From positions 1,186 to 65,185 of the forward strand of contig JAZBPA010000065.1 of the NCBI GenBank assembly GCA_036351435.1: DNA of 64,000 nt, in the 5' to 3' direction. Below, in pieces: positions 7,278 to 15,166 of the stretch. Under the pieces are notes generated by a model, which worked only from the letters and a program-made list of their open reading frames with translations, had not been told where the DNA came from and made no database searches. A program made the translations under genes and the position numbers. The DNA comes from Candidatus Competibacteraceae bacterium (GTDB taxonomy: Bacteria; Pseudomonadota; Gammaproteobacteria; Competibacterales; Competibacteraceae). Within the stretch, counting starts at the first letter, position 1, and each line of letters begins with the position of its first letter.

Positions 7278-9032
7278 ATGCTATTTAATCGTCTTCCTTT
7301 GTTTTTTCTTTTTTACTCTATACCATCTGTATTATTTCTTTGCTTTATTATTCCTCCAATGCAAGCTCCAGACGAATTTGCGCATTTTTTCCGTGCAGAG
7401 CAACTAAGTGCTGGTGAAATTATTGGGGTTAAACAAGAAATAAATGGCAGGATTGTAAGTGGCGGGTATGTTGACAGCAATCTATTTAAAGTAATCGGAC
7501 GGTTTACGTACCTCGTTCATGATCAGAGCATAAAAATATCCGACGAAGTCTTGCAAGGAGCAGGCACGTTGAGCTGGACCGATAGTCGGATATTGAATTT
7601 ATTCCCTAACACGGTTGTCTATCCACCCTTCTGCTACTCATCCCAAGTTGTGGGAATATGGATTGGAAAGTTTTTCAATCTAAGCATTCTTGATACGTAT
7701 TATCTTTGCCGAACGTTAACTGCATTAAGCTGTGTACTGATTTGCTTTTTGGCACTCCACTGGTGCCACCGTGGACGTATTGTAATGTTCACTGTGCTGC
7801 TATTCCCTATGACACTCTTTCTTTTTTCATCGTGCTCTCAAGATGCACTTCTAATCAGTTTGATCGTATTAATTATTGCTATTTTTTCACGGCTATCTGA
7901 AGCTAAACGGCAGACAACGGCGACGGAGTATCTACTGATTCTAATCGGGATGGCAGCTGTGCTCACAACGCGACCACCTTACATTGGTTTGATTATTCTA
8001 TTCTTCTGGGATTCTGTGAAATATCAGCTTCAACCAGTGCGGCGAAGTATCGGCACGACAGGAACCCGTAACATTGCCGTAATTTTTGTTTTATCGACTC
8101 TAGTTGGCTGGGCTACTCTGGTTTCCCATCTTGAAGTCACCATGATCCCAGGAGCATCTGTTTCCGGGCAGTTAACATATCTGATCAACAATCCAACCTC
8201 TATTTATTATACGGCAGTCAACACGATATCGGAACACACGATATCATACGTTATGGGTACTATCGGGGTTTTAGGATGGTTGGATACTTATTTTCCGATG
8301 TTTTATTATATCACTACTGTTGTTATTATTTTTATTGCTCTTATCGCGGAATCAATTACCTCAAACACGCTCAGCAGTCGTGCTAGAATTATTGCTTTAC
8401 TGGCTCTATTAACATGTATCCTTGGCGTTTTTGCTGCACTTTACTTAAGATGGTCGCCAGTAGGTTCTGAGATGGTTGATGGTGTTCAGGGACGTTATTT
8501 TATCCCGTTAATTCCATTATTAACGTTCTTAGTGCCTTCCGTTTCTGAGAGAGTGGCTACTAAAATAAAGATAACGCTTATTGTCGTCACTCTCTTTCCA
8601 TTAATGAGTACGGTTCTAATGAATATCTTAATTGTCGAACGTTATTATCTGTCGTTCCATATACCGAAATATCAATCCGTAATAGGCGACTGGGATAATG
8701 ACGGTTTTCTCGAAGTCGGCATTAAGCGTGGTAGCCAATGGTTTCTCGATAACGGTAATGGTGTTTGGGACGAGTGCGGCACCTTTCCTACTCACGATGT
8801 ATGTATTGCTAATTACGGGTCGGCCAGTGATCAGCCGGTAGCGGGCGACTGGAATAGCGATGGCTTCACCGAGATCGGCATCGCTCGTGGGACGCATTGG
8901 TTTCTCGATAACGGTAATGGTATCCGGGATAAATGCGGCGCGTTCCCTGATCATGACGTTTGTATCAATATGGGGCTGCGAGGATTTCCAATCAATAAAT
9001 CGAGAGCCCCCTTTAAGGCTGGAAAAAAATAG
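7278..9032 (+). CDS. polytopic membrane protein, DUF2142-like (putative GT-C type glycosyltransferase) with C-terminal FG-GAP/VCBS-like repeats
   Basis: 584 aa with at least 10 hydrophobic helices. The N-terminal PPMQAPDEFAHFFRAEQLSAGE resembles the DUF2142 signature as I recall it. The C-terminus carries two GDW(D/N)xDGFxE(V/I)GIxRGxxWFLDNGNG units. The DNA is visibly AT-rich. Confidence 0.7.
   Translation: MLFNRLPLFFLFYSIPSVLFLCFIIPPMQAPDEFAHFFRAEQLSAGEIIGVKQEINGRIVSGGYVDSNLFKVIGRFTYLVHDQSIKISDEVLQGAGTLSWTDSRILNLFPNTVVYPPFCYSSQVVGIWIGKFFNLSILDTYYLCRTLTALSCVLICFLALHWCHRGRIVMFTVLLFPMTLFLFSSCSQDALLISLIVLIIAIFSRLSEAKRQTTATEYLLILIGMAAVLTTRPPYIGLIILFFWDSVKYQLQPVRRSIGTTGTRNIAVIFVLSTLVGWATLVSHLEVTMIPGASVSGQLTYLINNPTSIYYTAVNTISEHTISYVMGTIGVLGWLDTYFPMFYYITTVVIIFIALIAESITSNTLSSRARIIALLALLTCILGVFAALYLRWSPVGSEMVDGVQGRYFIPLIPLLTFLVPSVSERVATKIKITLIVVTLFPLMSTVLMNILIVERYYLSFHIPKYQSVIGDWDNDGFLEVGIKRGSQWFLDNGNGVWDECGTFPTHDVCIANYGSASDQPVAGDWNSDGFTEIGIARGTHWFLDNGNGIRDKCGAFPDHDVCINMGLRGFPINKSRAPFKAGKK
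8685..8970 (+). repeat. tandem 159-nt (53-aa) coding repeat, FG-GAP-like
   Basis: ggcgactgg starts at 8685 and again at 8844. A 26-nt identical core (attggtttctcgataacggtaatggt) is present in both copies. Confidence 0.8.
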
Positions 9033-9064
9033 CACCGAACTTACAGCAGTCCTAACCGGTTGAG

Positions 9065-9451
9065 TTACTGGGCAAACGTGTAATGTTTGTTGATAACAAA
9101 GTTAAAAATGAACACCACTCCAGTCGCCACACCTTGCGCCATCAGATAAGGAATACCGGCAGGCCCTTCCAAACCCCAGAAAACCAGCGCGTTAACTCCC
9201 ATCATGAGCAACGTCACTGCGAGATAACGCGGGAAGCGCTTACTATGAGCATCTTCAGCACGGAAGGTCCAGTGATATTGGAGCAAGTAATTGACAACTA
9301 AACCAACGGCGAAGCCACAAGTCGTTGCTAGTGTCGGATCGGCTGCGAACAGCTCAACGAGTAGGATCAGGACCAGAAAGTGAACCCCGACCGCGGCTGA
9401 CCCAGCCACGAAGTAACGGCCAATAATCGCAAAGCCATGTTCGCCCTGCAC
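9065..9451 (-). CDS. GtrA-family membrane protein (polyprenyl-phospho-sugar handling/flippase-like)
   Basis: 128 aa, 4 TM, with VNYLLQYHWTF and FNFVINKHYTF GtrA-like blocks. The GTG start lies 1 nt after the upstream UbiA stop. Confidence 0.8.
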   Translation of the reverse strand: MQGEHGFAIIGRYFVAGSAAVGVHFLVLILLVELFAADPTLATTCGFAVGLVVNYLLQYHWTFRAEDAHSKRFPRYLAVTLLMMGVNALVFWGLEGPAGIPYLMAQGVATGVVFIFNFVINKHYTFAQ

Positions 9452-9452
9452 G

Positions 9453-10409
9453 TCAATAACTCAGGGGTTCTACAAGAATATTAAGCCAAGGAATATCTAT
9501 CACAAACAGGGCAACTACGATCAACCCCAACAGGAACACATAACCCACGAACACGGGCTCCTGATAAAGTCGTTCCGGGGCTTGGCTTGCTGAATGGCGC
9601 TTCATGGCGATGTGCAGATACCAGACATATAGCAGGGTGAAAAACGGCAGAGACAAGATGAACTCAATGCGGTACTTGATCAGAAAAATTCCTAAGAAGA
9701 ATGCGGATAAAATCGCATAGAAGAAAGAAGACAGCAGCAGTGTCTCCTCGGTGTAAAAACGGAACGAACGCCGATACAGCGCGGCACTCTCCGGGTTGTC
9801 AATGAATCGGTACTCCGCATAGCGTTTCATGGCCATGAGAAAGGCACCACCCATCCAGTAACTGAGGAGTATTGAGGACGGTGGTAAGCGACCGCTGATA
9901 ATGGCACTCCAGCCTAACAACAGGCGGATTGGGTTATTGACCGATTCGCTGATCACATCCAGCAATATGCGATCCTTGGTCCGGAAGGGACGCACGTTAT
10001 ACAACACGCCCATCATTAACAGGAGCCACGAAAAGAAAACAAACTCAGGATTTAACAGACTGGCTAGGCCCATACCCAGACCAACAAACAACAAATACTC
10101 AATAAAAACGTAGCGCCCTCGCACACTACCCGAAGCTGAAGGCCTATTTCGCTTGATAGGGTGGTGGCGATCAAACTCCGCGTCCAACCATTCGTTAATG
10201 ACGTAGTTAGCCGAGGCAATAAAACCGGTGCTAAGCAGCGCAATCAGAGCCGACGTTAAAATGCTTTCGGCTGGAACGTCTACCAACAGCCAAGCCAATG
10301 CGAGGCCGGGCAACATGAATACATTTTTGAACCAGTGGTCGAAACGCGCAATTCTGATATAAGGGTGTAACCTACCCCAAAGCCACATCTCCCGCTTGTT
10401 TGTTTCCAT
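9453..10409 (-). CDS. UbiA-family prenyltransferase, decaprenyl-phosphate phosphoribosyltransferase (DPPR synthase)-like
   Basis: 318 aa, polytopic. NYVINEWLDAEFDRHHPIKRNRPSASG matches the NxxxDxxxDRxHPxKRxRPxAxG block I recall from Rv3806c-type enzymes. Confidence 0.8.
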   Translation of the reverse strand: METNKREMWLWGRLHPYIRIARFDHWFKNVFMLPGLALAWLLVDVPAESILTSALIALLSTGFIASANYVINEWLDAEFDRHHPIKRNRPSASGSVRGRYVFIEYLLFVGLGMGLASLLNPEFVFFSWLLLMMGVLYNVRPFRTKDRILLDVISESVNNPIRLLLGWSAIISGRLPPSSILLSYWMGGAFLMAMKRYAEYRFIDNPESAALYRRSFRFYTEETLLLSSFFYAILSAFFLGIFLIKYRIEFILSLPFFTLLYVWYLHIAMKRHSASQAPERLYQEPVFVGYVFLLGLIVVALFVIDIPWLNILVEPLSY

Positions 10410-10488
10410 TGCGAAGTGTTTTTCTGTTGTTTTTATTGATTATTCGAATCCAGTCAGGCAAAAGTAATCCACCGGGCAAAAGTCTAGC

Positions 10489-11916
10489 CTAAGACGCTTG
10501 CAAAGTGGATAAGTAATGCGCGGCCAGCACTTGTGCCACACAACCGGTCAATTTCCGCGCTGTAGTGATATGCAAAAACTCATTGGGGCCATGAGCATTC
10601 GCACCCGGCCCTAAAACACCAGTAATCAAAAATTGAGCCTTGGGATACCGTAGTCCGAGCATATTCATAAATGGAATAGTGCCGCCTTCCCCCATATACA
10701 GGGCATCTCGCCCAAACCAAGAGTGCGAGGCCTGTTCCAAAGACTTTGCAAGCCATGGTTTCAAAGGGGGCGCATTCCAACCGGTGCCAGTTTGTTCAGG
10801 CTGGAAAGAGACGTGAGCCCCTTGCTGGGGATGATCTTCCAGCAGCGCCTTAACGGTTTGCATAGCCGCTTCGGCATTGCAGGTCGGCGGCAAGCGTAAA
10901 GACAGTCTGAGTGTTGTTGAAGGTCGGGCCACGTTGCCCGCATTCGTCAGTGGCGGCAGACCGGCAGCACCGGTAACTTCCAAGGCGCTGCGCCAAGTAC
11001 GGTTCAGCACTAGCTCTGTTGGGTCGCCGCGGACTGGGCGTACTCCAGATACAAAAGGGAAGCGTTGATACGCCTGTTCGCCTAAAACCTTTGCAGCACG
11101 GGCGGCCTGCATACGCCGCTCATCAGGTATCTCGTCGGCCAACGCCTCGGGCAATATCTCCCCGGTTTCCGCATCCTCCAGCCGATCCAGTAAATGGCGT
11201 GCTATTCGGAAACTGGACGGCACAATGCCCCCGGCATCCCCCGAATGCACGCCTTCTTCAAGCACAGTTACCGTTAAATCACCCGAGATTAAGCCGCGTA
11301 ACGAAGTAGTGCACCATAATTGTTCATAGTTGCCGCAACCGGAGTCCAGACAAATCACCAACGAAGGCGTACCGATTGTATCGGCCAATTCATCCATGTA
11401 AGCCGGCAGATCTGGACTGCCGCTTTCTTCGGATGCTTCGATCAGAACCACACAGCGGGCGTGAGGAACCCCTTGCGCCTGTAAAGCTCCGATTGCCGCC
11501 AGCGAAGCGAATATGGCATAACCGTCATCGGCTCCGCCGCGACCGTAGAGCCGATCATTTTCCAACACCGGCTTCCACGGCCCCAAATCATCTCGCCAAC
11601 CGTGCATCTCGGGTTGCTTGTCTAAATGCCCGTACAGCAATACCGTTTCCGCATTGGTATCTTGGCCGGGAATCTCAATACATAGTACCGGTGTGCGTCC
11701 AGCAAGCCGCACAGTGCGTATGGTCATATCTCTGATCGCCTGTTGCTGACACCAACTTTCCAACAACACGATAGCCTGCTCCATATAGCCATTAGCTTCC
11801 CAGTCTGCATCAAAAGCCGGGGACTTGTTAGGAATGCGGATATACTCAACTAAGGTGGGCAGGATAGAATCATGCCAAAGCTGGTCAATAAATGCGCGGG
11901 CGTGAGTGGTATCCAT
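10489..11916 (-). CDS. M20-family metallopeptidase (dipeptidase, CNDP/Dug1-like)
   Basis: 475 aa. LLYGHLDKQP, GRGGADDGY and EASEESGS metal-ligand blocks are typical of M20A dipeptidases. Confidence 0.85.
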   Translation of the reverse strand: MDTTHARAFIDQLWHDSILPTLVEYIRIPNKSPAFDADWEANGYMEQAIVLLESWCQQQAIRDMTIRTVRLAGRTPVLCIEIPGQDTNAETVLLYGHLDKQPEMHGWRDDLGPWKPVLENDRLYGRGGADDGYAIFASLAAIGALQAQGVPHARCVVLIEASEESGSPDLPAYMDELADTIGTPSLVICLDSGCGNYEQLWCTTSLRGLISGDLTVTVLEEGVHSGDAGGIVPSSFRIARHLLDRLEDAETGEILPEALADEIPDERRMQAARAAKVLGEQAYQRFPFVSGVRPVRGDPTELVLNRTWRSALEVTGAAGLPPLTNAGNVARPSTTLRLSLRLPPTCNAEAAMQTVKALLEDHPQQGAHVSFQPEQTGTGWNAPPLKPWLAKSLEQASHSWFGRDALYMGEGGTIPFMNMLGLRYPKAQFLITGVLGPGANAHGPNEFLHITTARKLTGCVAQVLAAHYLSTLQAS

Positions 11917-12011
11917 AGATGGACTCCGAGTTCATGGCTGAATAAAATTCGGGCTTATCGCGCTGCTGTGACTGGCGGCGCTGAATTATTGATTGTGGAG
12001 ATGAACAACCC

Positions 12012-12632
12012 ATGCCGATTCGAATAGCATTCATTCTATACCTTATGTTCATGGTTAGCCTTGTCAGCGCCACCGAATCCGTGTCGACTCAGAACGCTGG
12101 GGGTGAGGCCAAAGCGACCTTTGCCGGCGGGTGTTTTTGGTGCATGGAACCGCCGTTCGACAAACTGGAAGGAGTGATTTCAACCACTTCAGGCTATATC
12201 GGCGGACATAAAGACAACCCCACCTATAAAGAAGTTTCGGCTGGCGTTACCGGGCATACTGAAGCGGTGCAAGTGGTTTACGATCCCACCGTTATCAGCT
12301 ACGAAGAACTATTGAAAGTGTTTTGGCGAAATGTCGATCCATTGACCGCTAACCGCCAATTCTGTGATTCGGGTAGCCAATATCGAACCGGGATATTTTT
12401 TCACAATGAAACCCAGCAACGCTTGGCCGAGCAATCGAAACAGGTGTTAGAACAATCCGGTCGGTTTCAGCAACCGATTGTGACTGAGATTACTACAGCC
12501 ACCACGTTTTATCCGGCTGAGACATATCATCAGGATTACTATCAGAAAAACCCGTTGCGCTATAAGTTTTATCGTCATGGATGCGGTCGTGACCAGCGGC
12601 TTGAGGAGCTGTGGGGCAGTGCGACCAAGTGA
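12012..12632 (+). CDS. msrA: peptide-methionine (S)-S-oxide reductase with N-terminal signal peptide
   Basis: The GGCFWCMEPPF active-site motif and HTEAVQVVYDP are present. The N-terminus MPIRIAFILYLMFMVSLVSA looks like an export signal. Confidence 0.9.
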   Translation: MPIRIAFILYLMFMVSLVSATESVSTQNAGGEAKATFAGGCFWCMEPPFDKLEGVISTTSGYIGGHKDNPTYKEVSAGVTGHTEAVQVVYDPTVISYEELLKVFWRNVDPLTANRQFCDSGSQYRTGIFFHNETQQRLAEQSKQVLEQSGRFQQPIVTEITTATTFYPAETYHQDYYQKNPLRYKFYRHGCGRDQRLEELWGSATK

Positions 12633-13783
12633 TGTTTGATGACCAAGCGTTACTACCCGAACCGTTAGAACGGTTGCTGATTCCCGCAGAACTGGATGGT
12701 CGTCATGGGGGCAACCGGGCGCGCGGTGGGGTGTGTCAATTGGCTGCGGATAATGATATGCAGGCTATTCAGTCCTGGTTGGCAGAATTCAGCGATTCTC
12801 CGCAAACCTTGCGTCATTACCGCAAGGAAGCTGAACGTTTGCTACTTTGGGCGTTGTTGGAACGGCGTAAACCTTTATCTGGTCTGACCCGCGAAGATTG
12901 CTTGCTCTACGAGACATTTCTAGCCGATCCTCAACCCGACGAACGGTGGTGTGCGCCTAAAGCGCCCCGCTTCAGCTCGCGCTGGCGACCGTTTCAAGGA
13001 CCATTGAGCGCTGCCAGCCGCCGCACCGCACTATTGGTCATCAATTCCTTGCTTAGTTATTTGGTAAAAGCCGGTTATCTGGCCGGCAATCCTTTGGCTT
13101 TGATCAAGCGGAGGGTGCGGGAAGGCACAATCGCACAGCCCACGGTAGAACGGTATCTGGAAGGCGATCAATGGCAGGCATTGCTGGATACTGTAGCAGC
13201 CTTGCCGCAGGATACGGATAGACAACGACAATATTACGAAAGGGCACGGTTTTTGTTAGCTTTATTATATCTATTGGGACCACGGGTTAACGAAGTCGCT
13301 ACTCATACGATGGGCAGTTTTGTTCAGGTCCGCAGTCGTTGGTGGTGGGTCGTGACCGGCAAAGGTCGCAAAACCGCTCGGGTACCAGTTAATCGGGATA
13401 TGTTGCAGGCCCTTAGGGTATATCGCGCTTCGTTGGGCCTATCGCCCTTGCCGGAGCCGGGCGACGATACACCATTAATCATGAATCTGCGTGGCACCGG
13501 GGGTATCACCGATAATATGATTTACCGTATTGTTAAGGAGTTGGTTAACCAAGCCGCCGAACGCTTACAACACAATGATCCTTGGCAGGCAAATAAATTA
13601 CGGCGGGCATCAACCCATTGGCTTCGCCATACCAGTATTACCCATCAAGCGGATGCTGGTATTGAGCTAAATTATCTGCGCCGTAATGCTCGTCATGCCA
13701 AGTTAGATACCACGGGATTGTATTTACACGCTGAAGATGAGCAGTGGCATGATGCGATGGAGCAGCATCGTCTGAAAAAATAG
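12632..13783 (+). CDS. tyrosine site-specific recombinase/integrase
   Basis: Catalytic blocks are GPRVNEV (Arg I), HWLRHT (HxxR) and LDTTGLYLH (Tyr). The N-terminal AADNDMQAIQSWL...YRKEAERLLLWA is a SAM-like domain. ATG 12632 overlaps the msrA TGA (TGATG). An in-frame GTG at 12611 is an alternative start. Confidence 0.85.
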   Translation: MFDDQALLPEPLERLLIPAELDGRHGGNRARGGVCQLAADNDMQAIQSWLAEFSDSPQTLRHYRKEAERLLLWALLERRKPLSGLTREDCLLYETFLADPQPDERWCAPKAPRFSSRWRPFQGPLSAASRRTALLVINSLLSYLVKAGYLAGNPLALIKRRVREGTIAQPTVERYLEGDQWQALLDTVAALPQDTDRQRQYYERARFLLALLYLLGPRVNEVATHTMGSFVQVRSRWWWVVTGKGRKTARVPVNRDMLQALRVYRASLGLSPLPEPGDDTPLIMNLRGTGGITDNMIYRIVKELVNQAAERLQHNDPWQANKLRRASTHWLRHTSITHQADAGIELNYLRRNARHAKLDTTGLYLHAEDEQWHDAMEQHRLKK

Positions 13784-13827
13784 CCGGCTATCGACCCTGT
13801 CGAGCTATTCCATTAAACTCCTCGGCC

Positions 13828-14868
13828 ATGAGTGAAGTAATTGACTTGCTAGAACCAAATCCGGTTCGCCGCCAGAGCGTGTCCAACAAAACTAAGCTTG
13901 CAATAATTGCTGGAATATTTTTGCTATCCACAACAGCCGCTGTCGCCCAGCAGCCTCCACGCGGCACGTTTAATCTACTGATCGAGAACGATAAATTTAC
14001 CGGTACCGACCGCCATTACACTAATGGCGTGCAACTCAGTTATCTGTCCGGCAAAGACAGAGTACCTCGTTGGTTGCGTAACACTGCGCGCTATCTCCCC
14101 GGCATACAAACTACCGCCGCGCTCCGAACCGGATACGTATTGGGCCATAGTATTTTCACCCCAGATGATATTACCACGGCCGAACCATTACCGGATGAGC
14201 GTCCCTATGCCGGTTGGCTCTATGGCGGCGTCGCCTTAGTTGCGGAGACCGAGAACCGGCTTGACACCTGGGAACTGGACTTGGGTATTGTGGGCCCATC
14301 GGCGCGTGGTGAAGAAGTCCAAAATTCGTTTCACCGCTTAATAGGGGTCAATGAAGCCAACGGCTGGGACAATCAGCTTAAAGATGAGTTTGGTTATGCT
14401 CTGATCTATGAACGTAAGTGGCGTAACCTATGGGAACATCGTCGAACCGGTTTCGGCTTGGACTTGATTCCCCATATCGGAGGCAGCCTGGGCAATGTCG
14501 GGACTTATTTGGATTTAGGCGCAACCTTGCGTATCGGCAACGATTTGCCCAATGATTTTGGCGCGCCCCGCATCCGCCCCAGCCTGCCGGGATCGAACTT
14601 TTTCTTGCCACGGGATAACTTCGGCTGGTATTTGTTTGCGGGGGTCAGCGGCCGCGCTGTGGCGTACACGATTTTTCTCGATGGGAATACCATTAAAAAT
14701 AGCCTCAGCGTAGACAGAGAACCGCTGGTTGGCGATTTACAAGCTGGTCTGGTGACCAACCTCGGCTGGGCACGATTAGCCTACACCTATGTCTATCGCA
14801 CTCGGGAGTTTAAAGGCCAGGAAGAACCTGATCATTTTGGTTCTATTGGGCTATCGGTAAAATTCTAG
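13828..14868 (+). CDS. lpxR: lipid A 3'-O-deacylase LpxR-family outer-membrane protein (DUF2219)
   Basis: FNLLIENDKFTGTDRHYTNGVQLSY is the characteristic N-terminal block. It has a signal-like segment and ends in an aromatic residue (beta-barrel-like ...GLSVKF). Confidence 0.75.
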   Translation: MSEVIDLLEPNPVRRQSVSNKTKLAIIAGIFLLSTTAAVAQQPPRGTFNLLIENDKFTGTDRHYTNGVQLSYLSGKDRVPRWLRNTARYLPGIQTTAALRTGYVLGHSIFTPDDITTAEPLPDERPYAGWLYGGVALVAETENRLDTWELDLGIVGPSARGEEVQNSFHRLIGVNEANGWDNQLKDEFGYALIYERKWRNLWEHRRTGFGLDLIPHIGGSLGNVGTYLDLGATLRIGNDLPNDFGAPRIRPSLPGSNFFLPRDNFGWYLFAGVSGRAVAYTIFLDGNTIKNSLSVDREPLVGDLQAGLVTNLGWARLAYTYVYRTREFKGQEEPDHFGSIGLSVKF

Positions 14869-15030
14869 AACCTAGCCCATGCCCGCAACCATGATTAATC
14901 GCACCAATTTAGCGCATGATATTGGTATTCCAGGGTGGCGTTGCACCTAATTCCTAAGGTCTTTACGCAGAAACTGCACTCCGAAGGCGTTATAGGCCTG
15001 GCCCCAGTTTTGCTTGCTTTGGCATAATTC

Positions 15031-15057
15031 GGCGTTTGCAGACGCCCTGCTTTTTTT
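15031..15057 (+). terminator. weak intrinsic-terminator-like hairpin plus T7 tract
   Basis: ggcgt-ttgcag-acgcc is followed by ctgc and ttttttt. It lies about 160 nt downstream of the lpxR stop, inside the 298-nt spacer before gltB. The stem is only 5 bp. Confidence 0.35.
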
Positions 15058-15166
15058 GAGCATTGGCGCCCGGTGAACCATCCAGTGCGTTTATACCCGC
15101 CTTGCACCGATCAATATGATTGTGTTGAGGGTCTAGCCGCATGACCAATAAGAGGGCATACGCCTC

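Noticed and set aside
14895-15107. A 70-aa minus-strand ORF lies in the lpxR-gltB spacer.
   Set aside because: It has a basic, low-complexity translation, no RBS, and overlaps the terminator-like hairpin. It is probably non-coding leader or promoter DNA for gltB.
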